From assembly GCA_050953065.1 (NCBI GenBank), contig JBMNLZ010000003.1, positions 224,001 through 288,000 on the forward strand: a DNA stretch of 64,000 nucleotides, given 5' to 3'. A program made the translations under genes and the position numbers. The stretch comes from Bacilli bacterium (GTDB lineage Bacteria; Bacillota_I; Bacilli_A; ML615J-28; CAG-698). The stretch's first letter is position 1. The number at the start of each line of letters is the position of its first letter. The notes below the pieces were generated by a model. It was not told where the DNA came from and did no database searches. It saw nothing but the letters and a program-made list of their open reading frames with translations. Below are positions 41,244 through 50,944 of this stretch, piece by piece.

Positions 41244-41757
41244 TATTTACTTCTCCTTTCTTTTGCATTTTCTTCATTGCTTGATTATATAACCACATTA
41301 CAGTGCCTATTTTTTTATCTAATAATTTAGCAATATCTTTGTGTTTCATATCATCAACTATTTTTAATGTTACAATTTGTCTTTCTTCCACCGTTAAGAT
41401 ATCTAAAAGTTCATCCATTTCAAGTTGTAAACTAGTTCTTGGAGCCTCATGCGGAAGCATAAATTCACTTTCAGATGCATCAATTAAAAGTTCTCTTTTT
41501 CTTTTTCTATAATAATCAATTGCTTGGTTTTTAGCGATTGTTAATATCCAATTTTTAAAACTATTTCCTTCTTTAAATTGATAAATTGATTGGATTGCTT
41601 TCATATAAGTATCTTGCATTACATCTTCTGCTAAAGAGCGATCTCTAATGATTGATAAAATCATTGCATAAACTGCCTCTTTAGTTTCGTTGTATATATA
41701 CTCAAAAGCTTCCTCGTCTCTTTCTTTTAATTTTTCAATTGCTTTATTAATATCCAT
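41224..41757 (-). CDS. ECF RNA polymerase sigma factor
   Basis: AEDVMQDTY, F..WI.TIAKN.AIDYYRK and region-4 HTH; start taken at MDINKA. Confidence 0.9.
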   Translation of the reverse strand: MDINKAIEKLKERDEEAFEYIYNETKEAVYAMILSIIRDRSLAEDVMQDTYMKAIQSIYQFKEGNSFKNWILTIAKNQAIDYYRKRKRELLIDASESEFMLPHEAPRTSLQLEMDELLDILTVEERQIVTLKIVDDMKHKDIAKLLDKKIGTVMWLYNQAMKKMQKKGEVNNEKTGN

Positions 41758-41923
41758 ACTTACCCCTCTATTATATGTATTAATAATAGCACAAGGAAAC
41801 ATTTTTGTAAATTACAGTTTTTTATCTTTAAATCTTCTTTACAATATATATACGTATTAACTCTTATTTTTCTTGGAATTTTTTTAAAAAAATAAAAAAG
41901 ACAAGAAATCTTGTCTTTTAAGA

Positions 41924-42490
41924 TTATATGTTTTGAAGTCCTTTTGAAATAATATTTTCACAAGGTACTATAACTTCTTGAATTGGAGTCTTACATCCAC
42001 CTTTAAACCATTCCGTAAAAACACCAATTCCTCCTGCCACAATAAAAGTCATAATAACATTTATAGCTTTAAGATCATATTTTTTTGAAGTTCTAGTATA
42101 CATTTTTACTGAATGTTCAACCATAATATCATGGACTCTACCTAAAAAAAATGGGTCTCCATTAGGTGAAATTAAAGCTTGCATAAATCTTTTATCTTAA
42201 TAAAAATATTCTATAATTTTTACTAGGGTTGGTAAGTATAGGTAATTTGTTGCAAGCGTATTTCCTGAATCAACAATCTTTTTAATTTTATTAATAATCT
42301 CATCTTCTAACTTTTCTACCATGTCGTAAATATCTAAATAATGTAAATAGAAGGTTCCTCTATTAATATTGGCTTCTTTTGTTATATCACTAACAGTAAT
42401 TTTACGTAATTCTTTTTCTTCCATTAAAACAATTAAGGCATTTTTTAAGGCCTTTAAGGTCTTACTTACTCTTCTATCTGTTTTATCCAT
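41924..42490 (-). pseudogene. TetR/AcrR regulator with in-frame TAA at 42197-42199
   Basis: DRRV.KT, ITVSDI..EANINRGTFYLHY HTH; ORFs 42197..42508 and 41924..42184 share one frame; divergent from the MMPL gene. Confidence 0.85.
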
Positions 42491-42657
42491 TACTTTCCTC
42501 CTGAACAATTTTAATTGATTTGTTTAGTATCAAACACTTCTTAAAAGATTGATTATTGCATTATTCTCTAACTATATTATAATGGAATTGTAGAAAATAG
42601 TCAACACTACATTGAAAAATGGTGTTGATTACTAGACATCAAATATAGGAGGTACTT

Positions 42658-44895
42658 ATGAAATATATTATCAAATTTCGTCATATTATATTTGGTCTTG
42701 CAATAGTTTTATTTGTTATAGGAATCTTTATGATTACGAAAGTAAAAATTAACTATGATGGAACCGTTTATTTACCAGACAACACTAATACTAAACAAGC
42801 ACTTGTTGTGATGGAAAAAGAATTTGGAAATTATGGTGCTTGTGAGGTTATGGTAGATAACATCTCACAATTAGAGGCCCAAAGTGTTTTTCAAAGTTTA
42901 AATGAAACTGAAGGTATTAGGCAAGCAGAGTTTTATGCAAATCAAGAGGGCTATTATCAAAACAACAAAGCTCTTTATAAAATCATCTTTAATAGTGGAA
43001 CATATGATGATGAGACAAATGAAACACTCGACAGAATTAAAACCCTATTAGCAGATTATGACATTTATTTAAGAGGTGAATCTGTTACTTCTATTGCCTA
43101 TAACAATGTCCTTCAAGATGAAATTATAAAAATTGTTGCTATTCTTCTACCTATCGTTTTAATAATTTTATTCTTGATGACTACTTCTTGGATAGAACCA
43201 TTATTATTTGTTATTGTAGTTTTAGTAGCTGTTTTGATTAATATGGGAACAAATGTCTTTTTCCCAAGCGTATCTTATATGACTCATGCAACATGCGGGA
43301 TTTTACAACTAGCCCTTTGTATGGATTATGCCGTGATGATGCTTAGTTCCTATAAAGCAGCAAGAGAAAAAACAGATGATGTCAAAAAAGCTGTTAAAAT
43401 TGCTAGCCGTGAAAGTTTCTTGCCAGTTCTTGCAAGTATGCTAACAACCGTAGCTGGATTTGTTGCATTACTATTTATGAAATATACTATTGGATTTGAT
43501 GTAGGTATAGTTTTAATTAAAGGAACACTATTAAGTTTTGCATCTACATTTTTATTAATGCCTGGTTTAATTGTTATCTTTGCTAAACTTCTTGAAAAAA
43601 CAAAACATCGTTCAATTTTTAGACAAGTTAAAATGACTTATAAATTCCTTTATAAAACAAGATTTATTTTGCCTGTTGCTGCTGTTATATTAATTGGCGT
43701 TTGTTTCTTTGTTCAACAAAAAAATACTTTTGACTATAGTGAAACAAAAATAGTTTATGAAAGTCCAACTTTAGGTGTTGATTATAATAAAATTAAAGAT
43801 ACCTTTGGCTTTAATAACAATCTAGTAATTCTCGTTCCAAAAGGCCTTGAAAAAGAAGCTGCCTTGATGGAAGAATTACAACCATTACTTACAGAAGTTG
43901 AAGCAAAGACAGTAATTACTCCATTAATCTTCTACACCCCTTATACAAAGATGGAATTTACTAATCTTTTAAGGAGTTTTGGTGCAGATCAAGAAGCTAT
44001 TGATGGATTAAGTAGCATCTTTGATTTAATGATAATCAATTCAGGTGGAACTAAAACAACCTTTTCAGTTGTTGAAATGGTTGAGTTTGTTCAAACAACA
44101 GCATTCTTAACAGATGAACAAAAAGCTGAATTAGAACCTTTTGTTATAATGATGAATCAAGCAAAAGCTGAATTAGAAGGTACAGAATATGATCGCTTCT
44201 TAATCGTTACTGATATGGCATCTGAATGCGATGAAGTTTTTAAGTTCATAGATGATGTTGAAACAATTGTTCTTAAGCATTACGAAGAATACTATTTATT
44301 AGGAGATAGCGTTGGTATTAAAGATGTCAAAACTATCATTGATTCTGATTATTGGAAAATAACTATTATCACTGTAGTTTTAGTTTTTGTTATAATTTTA
44401 TTTAGTTTTAGAAATATCTTTATACCAATATTCTTAGTTTTCTTAATTTTAGGTGCAACATGGATTAATATGTCAGTTCCTGTATTGCTTGGAACTAACC
44501 TATTATATGTAGGTTACATTGTAGTAAGTAGCATTATGCTCGGAGCAACCATTGACTATGCAATTCTTTATACTCATAAATATCAAGAAAAGCGCCTAAT
44601 ATATGATAATAAAATTCAAGCAATGGAAGAAGCTTTCTTTGAAGCAAAACACACAGTATTAACTTCAGGACTTATTCTAATTTTTGCAGGATATTCTTTA
44701 GGGTTTATCTCTACAATTCCATCTGTTGCTGTTTTCGGCTCTTTAATTGGAAGAGGTGCTATAGCTTCAGTTGTACTTGTATTGTTTGTTTTACCACAAA
44801 TTCTATTTGTTTGCGATAAAATCGTTGTTAAGAAAAATAAAAAAGAAATTATAGCTGAAGATAACATAGAAAAGAAAGAAGAATCTTTGGAATAA
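42658..44895 (+). CDS. MMPL/RND-family transporter
   Basis: Two repeats of external loop + TM bundle; LALCMDYA and LGATIDYA motifs. Confidence 0.88.
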   Translation: MKYIIKFRHIIFGLAIVLFVIGIFMITKVKINYDGTVYLPDNTNTKQALVVMEKEFGNYGACEVMVDNISQLEAQSVFQSLNETEGIRQAEFYANQEGYYQNNKALYKIIFNSGTYDDETNETLDRIKTLLADYDIYLRGESVTSIAYNNVLQDEIIKIVAILLPIVLIILFLMTTSWIEPLLFVIVVLVAVLINMGTNVFFPSVSYMTHATCGILQLALCMDYAVMMLSSYKAAREKTDDVKKAVKIASRESFLPVLASMLTTVAGFVALLFMKYTIGFDVGIVLIKGTLLSFASTFLLMPGLIVIFAKLLEKTKHRSIFRQVKMTYKFLYKTRFILPVAAVILIGVCFFVQQKNTFDYSETKIVYESPTLGVDYNKIKDTFGFNNNLVILVPKGLEKEAALMEELQPLLTEVEAKTVITPLIFYTPYTKMEFTNLLRSFGADQEAIDGLSSIFDLMIINSGGTKTTFSVVEMVEFVQTTAFLTDEQKAELEPFVIMMNQAKAELEGTEYDRFLIVTDMASECDEVFKFIDDVETIVLKHYEEYYLLGDSVGIKDVKTIIDSDYWKITIITVVLVFVIILFSFRNIFIPIFLVFLILGATWINMSVPVLLGTNLLYVGYIVVSSIMLGATIDYAILYTHKYQEKRLIYDNKIQAMEEAFFEAKHTVLTSGLILIFAGYSLGFISTIPSVAVFGSLIGRGAIASVVLVLFVLPQILFVCDKIVVKKNKKEIIAEDNIEKKEESLE

Positions 44896-44952
44896 TCCTC
44901 CTTTTATATAATGGAAAAGCCCTATCTTTTTTAAGATAAGGCTTTTTCTTTT

Positions 44953-45108
44953 TTATTCTTCATTATTTTTACTTTCTTCATTTTGTTCTTTTGGTCTTGT
45001 AATATGATTTAAAATTACAATTCCAAAAAATATAATTGTTATAGCAATAAAAGTTGCTAACATTCCTTTCCATAAAATCTCAAGTGCTTGCATAAAATAT
45101 TTCTCCAT
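44953..45108 (-). CDS. oadG: OadG-like small subunit (51 aa; below the ORF-track cut-off)
   Basis: MEKYFMQALEILWKGMLATFIAITIIFFGIVILNHIT...; RBS AGGAGG immediately after the oadB stop. Confidence 0.7.
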   Translation of the reverse strand: MEKYFMQALEILWKGMLATFIAITIIFFGIVILNHITRPKEQNEESKNNEE

Positions 45109-45117
45109 ATTCCCCTC

Positions 45118-46254
45118 CTACAATAATCCTGGAACAATATAAAGAATTACTCCACCAACTATAACAGAAGCAATTTGTCCTGCAACGTTTGCTCCAACAG
45201 CAAACATTAATAGGTGGTTAGTTGGATCTTCTTTAAGTCCCATTTTTTGAATAACTCTTGCAGACATTGGGAAAGCTGAAATTCCAGCTGCACCAATCAT
45301 TGGATTTATTTTCTTTCTACTAAATATATTAATTAGTTTTCCAAATAAAACTCCACCAATTGAATCAAAAATGAAAGCAAACAATCCTAATCCCATAATT
45401 AAAATAGTTTCTAATGCAACAAAACTTTCTGCTTGCATACTAAATGAGATAGTAATTCCAAGTAATAATGTAATAAGATTTGCTAAAACCTTACTAGCAG
45501 TTTCTGACAAGCTATCTAATACGCCACATTCTTTAATTAAGTTACCAAACATCAAAAATCCTACTAAAGAAACTGACGCTGGAGCAATTAATCCTGCAAC
45601 AATGGTAACTACAATTGGAAAAAATATCCTTGTAGTTTTACTAACGTTTTGTGGATCATAATCCATTTTAATACTTCTTTCTTTTTTTGTTGTAACTAAC
45701 TTAATAGCAAACGGTTGAATTACAGGTACAAGTGCCATATAAGAATATGCTGCTATTGCTATTGCTCCTACATAATTGCTTTTTAGCACTCTTGAGACGA
45801 GAATTGAGGTTGGTCCATCAGCTGCTCCAATTATACCAATTGAGGCAGCATCTCTTAACTCAAAGCCAAGTAATACCGCTAAAATAATAACTATAAAAAT
45901 TCCTATTTGAGCCGCTGCTCCAAAGAATATTAATTTTGGATTTGAAAGTAACGGTCCAAAATCAATCATTGCGCCAATTCCAATAAAAAGTAATAACGGT
46001 AATGCTTCTGATGCATCAATTCCCACATCAAATAACCAAGATATAATACCTGTAGCTTCAGTTCCATCAGCTAATGTTTGAGTTAAAACTCCAGAATTAG
46101 GCAAGTTAACTAAAATTGCACCAAATCCCATTGGTAAAAGTAGGGCAGGTTCCATTTCTTTTCTAATTGCTAAATAAATTAGAATAAACCCTACTATGTA
46201 CATTACTATTTGTTGCCATGTGATTTGGGTAATCCCTTCATATAAAAAACCCAT
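45118..46254 (-). CDS. oadB: Na+-translocating decarboxylase beta subunit
   Basis: EPALLLPMGFG, IGIIGAADGPT, AAYSYMALVP and GANVAGQI motifs. Confidence 0.92.
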   Translation of the reverse strand: MGFLYEGITQITWQQIVMYIVGFILIYLAIRKEMEPALLLPMGFGAILVNLPNSGVLTQTLADGTEATGIISWLFDVGIDASEALPLLLFIGIGAMIDFGPLLSNPKLIFFGAAAQIGIFIVIILAVLLGFELRDAASIGIIGAADGPTSILVSRVLKSNYVGAIAIAAYSYMALVPVIQPFAIKLVTTKKERSIKMDYDPQNVSKTTRIFFPIVVTIVAGLIAPASVSLVGFLMFGNLIKECGVLDSLSETASKVLANLITLLLGITISFSMQAESFVALETILIMGLGLFAFIFDSIGGVLFGKLINIFSRKKINPMIGAAGISAFPMSARVIQKMGLKEDPTNHLLMFAVGANVAGQIASVIVGGVILYIVPGLL

Positions 46255-46366
46255 TAATTGTCTCCTTACTTTAAAATTTTTTAACTTGTTTACTAAATAC
46301 TATTAAAACAGAATATTTTAACAATATTCTGTTTTAAATAGTCTATTATTATTTGTTTTTCTAATT

Positions 46367-48472
46367 CTAGAAAATACTATACATTAAGAATAACATTGCC
46401 ATTAATGATGCAATTAATGAAACAACTGTAATTTGAGTGTTAATAGAAGGTCCAGCTGTATCTTTAAATGGATCACCAATAGTATCACCTACTACTGCAG
46501 ATTTATGAGCCACACTTCCTTTTCCACCGTTATTTCCAGCTTCAACATATTTCTTAGCATTATCCCAAGTTCCACCAGCATTAGACATATATAAAGCTAA
46601 GAATAATCCTACTACGATATTTCCTAATAAGAATCCACCAATAGCTTTAACTCCGCCTAAGAATCCTACTACTAAAGTAGCGATAATTGTAAAGCCTCCA
46701 GCGATCATTAATTCTCTAATAGCTCCACTAGTTGCAATAGCGATACATTTATCATATTCAGGTTCAACACCTGCTTTACCTTCTTTTAAACCAGGAATTT
46801 CTTCAAATTGACGATGAATTTCTGTTAACATTCTTTGAGCATTCTTATCAACACCTCTAATTAATAAAGCAGAGAATACCGCAGGAATTGTTGCTCCGAT
46901 TAAAATACCAAAGAACACAACTGGGTCAAGTACGTCAAAGCCTGTTAATAATTCATATGTTCCAACTCCTTGATGCATAAGTCTTTCTATAATATCATTT
47001 ACTTCTGCAAGAAAAGCACCAAGTAGAGAAATTACAGTAAGTCCTGCTGCAGAAATTGCAAATCCTTTTGTAATAGCTTTTACAGTATTTCCAGCACTGT
47101 CTAATTCATCAGTGATTGCAATAACCTCATCAGTAAGTCCACCCATTTCAGCTAAACCTCTAGCATTATCAACAATTGGTCCGTAAGCGTCATTTGAAAC
47201 AATCATCGCAACAATTGATAACATACCAACAGCTGCCATTGAAATACCAAGCATACCAGATGTTACATCACCACTAATAGGGAAACAAATCTTATATGAT
47301 AATAATGCTGATAAAGCAATTCCAACCATTGCAGGGAATGAACTTAAGAATCCATAACTAGTACCTGATAATACTGTAAATGCAGGGCCTAATTCAGATG
47401 CTTTAGCAACATTTTGAACCGGTTTCTTTTCATCATTTGTAAAGTAATCAGTAGTAATGCCAATTACTACACCAACTAATAATCCAATTACAGTTGCACC
47501 CCAAATACGCCATTTATCTACTAAAGGAATGATTAAAGTTGCAATTGCAGTTAATCCAACAAATAAACCAGTTGTAATATAAGTAGTTAAGTTTAATGCA
47601 CGTGTAGGATTTCCTGATTCACCAATTCTAGCTAGAATAACACCAACAATTGATGCTAATAATCCAAGTGATGCATAACAGAAAATAATTGGAACAAAAT
47701 TAGCACCTACTGCTGCGGATACAACTGCAGCAATTGTAATAGTTGCAGCAAATGCAGCAACATTAGAGTCAAATAAGTCAGCACCCATTCCCGCAACATC
47801 ACCAACGTTATCACCAACGTTATCAGCAATAACCGCAGGGTTTCTTGGGTCATCTTCTGGAATTCCTAATTCAACTTTTCCAGCAAGGTCAGCACTGATA
47901 TCAGCAGTTTTTGTAAAGATACCACCACCAACTTTAGCAAATAAAGCCAGTGAACTAGCACCAAAACTAAATCCAAGCAAAACTGTAGCATCTTTTGTAA
48001 TCCAGTAAACAGCAGTTACACCGATAAGACCTAAGCCAACTACTGCCATGCCCATAACACTTCCACCTCTAAAGCCAACATTAAAAGCAGTTTTAATGCC
48101 GTCTTTTGCAGCCTCAGCACACTTTCCATTGGCATCAGTTGCAACTTCAAGCCCTATAACACCAGCTACTGCAGAAAGAACTGTACCAAGAATATAAGCT
48201 ACTGCCATATAAATGTTTTCTTTTATAACAGCTTCAGCTTTCCAAATTGGTGTTGGCAAGAAAACAAAAATTAACACAACAGCTACTAAAACAAATCTTA
48301 ATAATACTAGGTACTCTTTCTTTAAAAAAGTTCTTGCCCCTCTTTTAATTAGTTTACCTACTCTTTGGATTTCAGCATTCTCAGATGGTTGTTTTTTAAT
48401 CCATCTAAAAAATACGAAAGCCACCACAAACGATGCGGCAGATACAACAAGCGCCAAAATATAAAATACCAT
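46367..48472 (-). CDS. hppA: Second membrane-bound pyrophosphatase, Lys-type (predicted K+-independent)
   Basis: DISADLAGKVE, DNVGDNVGD, GNTVKA (Lys at the K+ determinant), GDTIGDPFKD. Confidence 0.88.
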   Translation of the reverse strand: MVFYILALVVSAASFVVAFVFFRWIKKQPSENAEIQRVGKLIKRGARTFLKKEYLVLLRFVLVAVVLIFVFLPTPIWKAEAVIKENIYMAVAYILGTVLSAVAGVIGLEVATDANGKCAEAAKDGIKTAFNVGFRGGSVMGMAVVGLGLIGVTAVYWITKDATVLLGFSFGASSLALFAKVGGGIFTKTADISADLAGKVELGIPEDDPRNPAVIADNVGDNVGDVAGMGADLFDSNVAAFAATITIAAVVSAAVGANFVPIIFCYASLGLLASIVGVILARIGESGNPTRALNLTTYITTGLFVGLTAIATLIIPLVDKWRIWGATVIGLLVGVVIGITTDYFTNDEKKPVQNVAKASELGPAFTVLSGTSYGFLSSFPAMVGIALSALLSYKICFPISGDVTSGMLGISMAAVGMLSIVAMIVSNDAYGPIVDNARGLAEMGGLTDEVIAITDELDSAGNTVKAITKGFAISAAGLTVISLLGAFLAEVNDIIERLMHQGVGTYELLTGFDVLDPVVFFGILIGATIPAVFSALLIRGVDKNAQRMLTEIHRQFEEIPGLKEGKAGVEPEYDKCIAIATSGAIRELMIAGGFTIIATLVVGFLGGVKAIGGFLLGNIVVGLFLALYMSNAGGTWDNAKKYVEAGNNGGKGSVAHKSAVVGDTIGDPFKDTAGPSINTQITVVSLIASLMAMLFLMYSIF

Positions 48473-48555
48473 TTTTCTCCTCCTTTGATATTCTTTTATA
48501 TTTTTAACACTAAATAATAAATAATTTATTATTATGTTAATGACCTAAAATTAAT

Positions 48556-48748
48556 TTTAAATTTAAAAAGTGGACATAGTCCACCCACACTTGACAGACT
48601 CCACCTAATTAAAACAATTATTTAAATTTAAAAAGTGGACATAGTCCACCCACACTTGACAGACTCCACCTAATTAAAAACAGTATTTAATTTAAAAAGT
48701 GGACATAGTCCACCCAAGCTTGACAGACTCCACCTTAATTTAAAACAG
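48556..48748 (-). ncRNA. Three tandem ~65-nt aptamer-like + terminator units (candidate Na+-sensing riboswitch array)
   Basis: 3x AGGUGGAGUCUGUCAAG(UG/CU)UGG-GUGGAC-UAU-GUCCAC-UUUUU, periods 65 and 64, located between the promoter and hppA-oadB-oadG. Confidence 0.65.
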
Positions 48749-48776
48749 TTATTATATAAACACATCCACGTTTAAA

Positions 48777-48805
48777 ATTGTATCACTTAATTATTTTAAA
48801 ATCAA
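48777..48805 (-). promoter_or_regulatory. Sigma-A promoter upstream of the tandem leader
   Basis: TTGATT-17-TACAAT with extended -10 TG. Confidence 0.7.
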
Positions 48806-49007
48806 GTAGTTTTTACTTTTTATTACACGTGTAAATTTTTAAAATTATTTAAGCTATCATTTCTATCAAGATTAAAAATAGAGATTCATACTTTAAAATT
48901 TTTTTACTTAACTTTTAATAAAAAATGCAAATTAATCAAGACTTTTCTCAATTTAATTTGCATTTTTATACTCTTTTTGCAAATTAAATTTAATTTTAAT
49001 TTGCAGT

Positions 49008-50042
49008 TTATTTTAAATATTTAATCCAATTATTTAATGATTTAACACTTCTTAAATATCCTTTAACTTCAGGACTATATAGCATTGAATTATAAATTGC
49101 TTCTTCTGTTGCTTCTACTACTGCTTGAAATAAAAGATTAAGATGTTTTTGAGATAAAACATTTTGTGTTAAAAAACTAGCATCATCTGTTGCACTAATA
49201 GTATTTGCAGTAGTAAATCCTACAAAAACATCTCCACTACCATGACCTACATAAGAACCCGTTCTTCCTATTGCAATACTTGCTCTTTTAACAATTCGCC
49301 TCAAACTATTATTATCAAGTCCAATATCAGTTGCAACTACTACTATAATAGAACCTTTATCTTCTTCACCTTTTGAAGATTCTTTTTGAATCTCTTTACC
49401 AATTGGTTTACCATTAACAATTAAATCTTTACTACTAGAATGTCCAAAGTTAGAATTTATCAAAACTCCTAAAGTGTAAGTTTTATCATCAATTACTATT
49501 TCTCTAGAGCTAGAGCCAATTCCCCCCTTTAACCCATGACAAATCATTCCAGCACCTGCTCCAATACTTCCTTGGAAGTTATTAGTATTAGCAGAGGTTA
49601 TAGCTTCTTTTACGTCTTCAAACGTAACAGCTATTTTTCTTATATTATTTAATTTACCATCATTACATTCTAAAACTATTGGATTAACTGTGCCAAGTGA
49701 AAGTCCTAGTTCAGGATTTTCATCAATTAAAATCCTGACTAAAGAATCACTTACCTCTCCAACAGCTAAAGTATTAGTTAACATAATTGGTGTTTCAATT
49801 GTTCCAAGTTCATCTATTTGCATTAGACCAACTGATTTACCATAGCCATTCATAACATATGAACTTGCGATAACTTTATTTAAATAAACATTTTCTTTGT
49901 GTGGCAATATCGCAGTGACACCAGTTCTAATGCCATCTTCAGCAATTAATGTTTTATGACCTACTAAAACTCCTTTAACATCGCAAATATGATTTAGTTT
50001 ACCTGGATTTAATTCTCCAACTTTAATTATTCTTTCACTCAT
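49008..50042 (-). CDS. dmpA: DmpA-family (P1/S58) aminopeptidase
   Basis: ICDVKGVLVGH, NGYGK..G, ECND and DKGSII autocleavage motif. Confidence 0.88.
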   Translation of the reverse strand: MSERIIKVGELNPGKLNHICDVKGVLVGHKTLIAEDGIRTGVTAILPHKENVYLNKVIASSYVMNGYGKSVGLMQIDELGTIETPIMLTNTLAVGEVSDSLVRILIDENPELGLSLGTVNPIVLECNDGKLNNIRKIAVTFEDVKEAITSANTNNFQGSIGAGAGMICHGLKGGIGSSSREIVIDDKTYTLGVLINSNFGHSSSKDLIVNGKPIGKEIQKESSKGEEDKGSIIVVVATDIGLDNNSLRRIVKRASIAIGRTGSYVGHGSGDVFVGFTTANTISATDDASFLTQNVLSQKHLNLLFQAVVEATEEAIYNSMLYSPEVKGYLRSVKSLNNWIKYLK

Positions 50043-50752
50043 TCTTTTTCACCTTTTAAAGGATAACCTAATTTTTTTATAGTACGTTTTGCTAATACAT
50101 CAATTGAACTAATATATTTTTTATTTAAATCTAAATTTTCTACTATTAAAGGAAGTTCAGTACAACCTAGAATAAAATGTTTTAAGTTCTTTTTTTCTAA
50201 AGAGTTAATTAAAGACTTAAACTTTTCTAATACTTTTTTAGTAACTCCTTCTTCTTTAACTAAATAAATTATTTCACTTACCTTGTTTTGTTCTTCTAGA
50301 TTTGTTTCATAACAAAAAATTCCTGCTTGATTTAATTTTTCCTTATAACTTGGAAAAAGTCTTAAGCCTTCAGTTCCTAAAATTGCAAGGCCTTCTTGCA
50401 AGTTAGGATTTTCTTTTATTTCTTCAACAACTTCTTCTATCATATGATAGATTGGTATAGATACATCTTTTTTTAACTTTTCATAACAAAAGTGTGCAGT
50501 GTTACATGCAATGATAATTGCATCAACATTTGAATTTTCTAAAAAGATTGCAGATTCTTTTATAAAAGGATATGGATCTTTTCCTTTTCCTGTTAGAAAG
50601 GCGGTTCTATCTAAAATCTCAGTTTTATTATCTATTATGATTGGAATATGGTCTTGATCTTTTAAAGCGTTAGTTAATTCAATAATTCTCTTATAAAGAT
50701 ACGCACTAGCAAGAGGTCCCATTCCACCAATTATTCCTAATTTTTTATTCAT
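50039..50752 (-). CDS. Aspartate/glutamate racemase family
   Basis: GIIGGMGPLA, ACNTAH and LGCTELP motifs. Confidence 0.9.
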   Translation of the reverse strand: MNKKLGIIGGMGPLASAYLYKRIIELTNALKDQDHIPIIIDNKTEILDRTAFLTGKGKDPYPFIKESAIFLENSNVDAIIIACNTAHFCYEKLKKDVSIPIYHMIEEVVEEIKENPNLQEGLAILGTEGLRLFPSYKEKLNQAGIFCYETNLEEQNKVSEIIYLVKEEGVTKKVLEKFKSLINSLEKKNLKHFILGCTELPLIVENLDLNKKYISSIDVLAKRTIKKLGYPLKGEKE

Positions 50753-50788
50753 AACTTTTAGCCTTTCTTAATATAAACATCTCATTAT

Positions 50789-50817
50789 ATTATAATCATT
50801 TAAATTAATTTAAGCAA
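50789..50817 (-). promoter_or_regulatory. Promoter of racemase-dmpA
   Basis: TTGCTT-17-TATAAT. Confidence 0.6.
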
Positions 50818-50832
50818 GTTATTATATTATTT

Positions 50833-50893
50833 TGCAAGTGATTTGTTGGAATTCTTGCAAGTGATTTGTTGTGTTTTCTGCAAGTGATTTGTT
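50833..50893. repeat. Three perfect 15-bp direct repeats TGCAAGTGATTTGTT at 23-bp period
   Basis: Copies at 50833, 50856 and 50879, directly upstream of the -35 box. Confidence 0.85.
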
Positions 50894-50944
50894 ATAAATA
50901 AATAAGCAAACCTTTTAGATTTGCTTAATATAGGCTTTTATAGA

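Noticed and set aside
48556-48748. Mini CRISPR array
   Set aside because: The intervening segments are short, AT-rich and nearly identical to each other; each unit ends in a U-tailed terminator; no cas genes in the window
50833-50893. CRISPR-like repeat-spacer pattern
   Set aside because: 15-bp repeats with 8-bp gaps are far too short; the position fits transcription-factor sites
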